A DNA stretch of 38,756 bases. Origin: a virus. Taxonomy: Duplodnaviria > Caudoviricetes. The position numbers were made by a program, and so were the translations under genes. The stretch is taken from IMG/VR virus record IMGVR_UViG_3300003086_000048, positions 1-38,756 of that record; one strand, written 5' to 3'. Shown piece by piece: positions 37,008 through 38,756 of this stretch (position 1 is the stretch's first letter; each line of letters starts with the position of its first letter). The notes beneath the pieces were generated by a model. The model saw only the letters and a list, made by a program, of their open reading frames with translations. It was not told where the DNA came from and did no database searches.

Positions 37008-38315
37008 ATGGCAAAAGAGCTATACAACACCCCCAACCTTGATGAATTAGAGAATGGCCCATGGCCTTCTTTTGTTACTGGAATGAAAAGGCTGGCATCA
37101 GACGATCACGCAGGTGCTTCTATGGTGCGCGACGTTTTAGCAACATTAGAAACATCATATGTAACGAAGAAAGGTTACTGGAAAGGTGGCACTGTTGGTG
37201 TTATTGGTTATGGTGGTGGTGTTATTCCACGTTTCAACGAACTTAAAGATGAAAACGGTAATACCAGATTCAAGGATGCTACTGAATTCCATACATTAAG
37301 AATTCAACCGCCAGCAGGTATGCACTATACCTCCGACTTATTAAGAAACATGTGTGATACATTCACAGATAATGGTGGTTCTGGTTTGATTGCATTCCAC
37401 GGTCAGTCTGGTGACATTATGTTCCAAGGAGCAACAGAAAAGACAACGCAAACTATTTTTAACGAGCTTAACGAGATTGGCTTTGATATGGGTGGTGCGG
37501 GCCCTGCTGTTAGAACTGGTATGTCATGTGTTGGTGCGGCACGTTGTGAAATGTCAAATACAAACGAGCAAGCGGCTTTACGCACATTGGTTAATGCTTT
37601 CCTTGATGACATGCACAGACCTGCATTACCATACAAAATGAAGTTTAAAGTTTCTGGTTGTGCAAACGACTGTATGAACTCAATTGAGCGTTCAGACTTT
37701 GCAACAATAGGAACTTGGAGAGATGATATTAAAATCAACCAAGACTTGTGGAAAGCAATGGTTGCAGATAAGGGCATGGACTATGTTGTTGATAACATTA
37801 CTTCTCGTTGTCCTACGCAATGTATGACTGTTAATGCTGATACTTCTCTTACTATTGATAACCGAAACTGTGTTAAATGTATGCACTGTTTAAACGCAAC
37901 ATCACCATTAACACATAACTATATAACAAAAGATATGCCTACTGAAGCTATCTTAGCAACTGGTGATGACAAAGGTGTAACAATTTGTATGGGCGGTAAG
38001 CGCACATTGAAGATCGGTGACTTATTCGGCACAGTTGTTGTTCCATTTATGAAGCTTGAGACAGAAGAAGATTATGAAGCAATCGAAGAATTAGCAGGAG
38101 AAGTTATCGACTTCTTTGCTGAGAATGCACTAGAGCACGAAAGAACTGGTGAGATGATTGAGCGTATCGGTATTGTGAATTTTATGGAAGGTATTGGCTT
38201 AGACGTTAATCCTAACATGGTTGATTCACCACGTTACATGTCATATGTTCGAATGGACAAGTGGGACGAAGAAGCGGTTAAATGGTTTGAGAATAAAGCA
38301 GAGGCCTCGGCATAA
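37008..38315 (+). CDS. dsrA: Dissimilatory sulfite reductase alpha subunit, oxidative (reverse) type
   Basis: TPNLDELENGPWPSFV, WKGG.VGV.GYGGGVI, FHTLR, siroheme/Fe-S CVGAARC and GCANDC, ferredoxin CVKCMHC, ALEHERTGE. Confidence 0.97.
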   Translation: MAKELYNTPNLDELENGPWPSFVTGMKRLASDDHAGASMVRDVLATLETSYVTKKGYWKGGTVGVIGYGGGVIPRFNELKDENGNTRFKDATEFHTLRIQPPAGMHYTSDLLRNMCDTFTDNGGSGLIAFHGQSGDIMFQGATEKTTQTIFNELNEIGFDMGGAGPAVRTGMSCVGAARCEMSNTNEQAALRTLVNAFLDDMHRPALPYKMKFKVSGCANDCMNSIERSDFATIGTWRDDIKINQDLWKAMVADKGMDYVVDNITSRCPTQCMTVNADTSLTIDNRNCVKCMHCLNATSPLTHNYITKDMPTEAILATGDDKGVTICMGGKRTLKIGDLFGTVVVPFMKLETEEDYEAIEELAGEVIDFFAENALEHERTGEMIERIGIVNFMEGIGLDVNPNMVDSPRYMSYVRMDKWDEEAVKWFENKAEASA

Positions 38316-38405
38316 TGAAAGAAGAAAACTATATGCCAAACTTTGAGTGGCATAAAAATAGCAGGTGGAAGTAAAACATAATATGAATACTATTGGAGTT
38401 AAATT

Positions 38406-38633
38406 ATGGCAAAAGCAAGTGTAGAACAATTAAATTCATTACATGACTTGGTAGCTAAACATTACACAACATTATTAAGTTCAGGAGAAGTAAAGAGTAG
38501 TGATCTAAATGCTATCAATGCTTTTCTAAAGAATAATGATGTTAGTGCTGATGTAATAGAAAGCAAACCAATGATGAGTTTAGTAGAAGAAATCAAGGAC
38601 AGTGATTTGATTGATATTATTAAGTTTGGCTAA
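38406..38633 (+). CDS. terS: Terminase small subunit (gp18-like)
   Basis: KAS...L..LH, DLNAINAFLKNNDV; directly upstream of terL when circularised. Confidence 0.82.
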   Translation: MAKASVEQLNSLHDLVAKHYTTLLSSGEVKSSDLNAINAFLKNNDVSADVIESKPMMSLVEEIKDSDLIDIIKFG

Positions 38634-38729
38634 AGCCCCATATTTAATATTTAAGGCATTTAAAAGGACTACCCCTTATATTGGTATTACTTTTTAATAA
38701 TCTCTTAAATTAGATATAGTGTTGGGCTT
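38633..38729 (+). other. Long imperfect hairpin between terS and terL
   Basis: Nested pairings AAGCCC/GGGCTT, ATTTAAG/CTTAAAT, TTAAAAGG/CTTTTTAA, TACC/GGTA. Confidence 0.55.
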
Positions 38730-38756
38730 ATTAGAGCACAAAAAGAGAGGAAGATT

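Noticed and set aside
3190-38429. Many short minus-strand and alternative-frame ORFs in the track
   Set aside because: Shadows of well-supported genes, with no RBS or motifs
1-38756. tRNA, integrase, att site, diversity-generating retroelement
   Set aside because: None recognised by eye; no reverse transcriptase or recombinase motifs seen

Overview
The window is an apparently complete, circularly permuted, AT-rich genome of a T7-like podovirus (Autographiviridae architecture). It begins at the terL ATG and ends at the terL ribosome-binding site. The order is terL, a non-coding end region, small early genes, an RNA polymerase locus on the minus strand, then SSB, primase-helicase, a family A DNA polymerase, RusA, exonuclease, nrdA/thyX/nrdB, three DNA methyltransferases, portal, scaffold, capsid, tail and internal virion genes, dsrA and terS. 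It carries oxidative-type dsrA and a single-Cys dsrC, so the host is probably a sulfur-oxidising gammaproteobacterium of the SUP05 type; such phages are already known from hydrothermal plumes. The most unusual points are four. (1) The family A DNA polymerase is only 313 aa, lacks the exonuclease and most of the thumb, has an E->D change at the steric gate, and sits directly behind an HNH zinc-finger gene. (2) The T7-type RNA polymerase is inverted, has ATC at the expected start, and lacks about 220 internal residues including motif A. (3) Near-consensus host sigma70 promoters, one of them duplicated, face the replication module. (4) A strong Fur-box-like site lies before the early genes. Frameshifting deletions of about 31-32 nt in nrdA and the tail fibre, and possibly the RNAP gap, may be assembly artefacts. 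All product calls come from motif recognition, not database searches.
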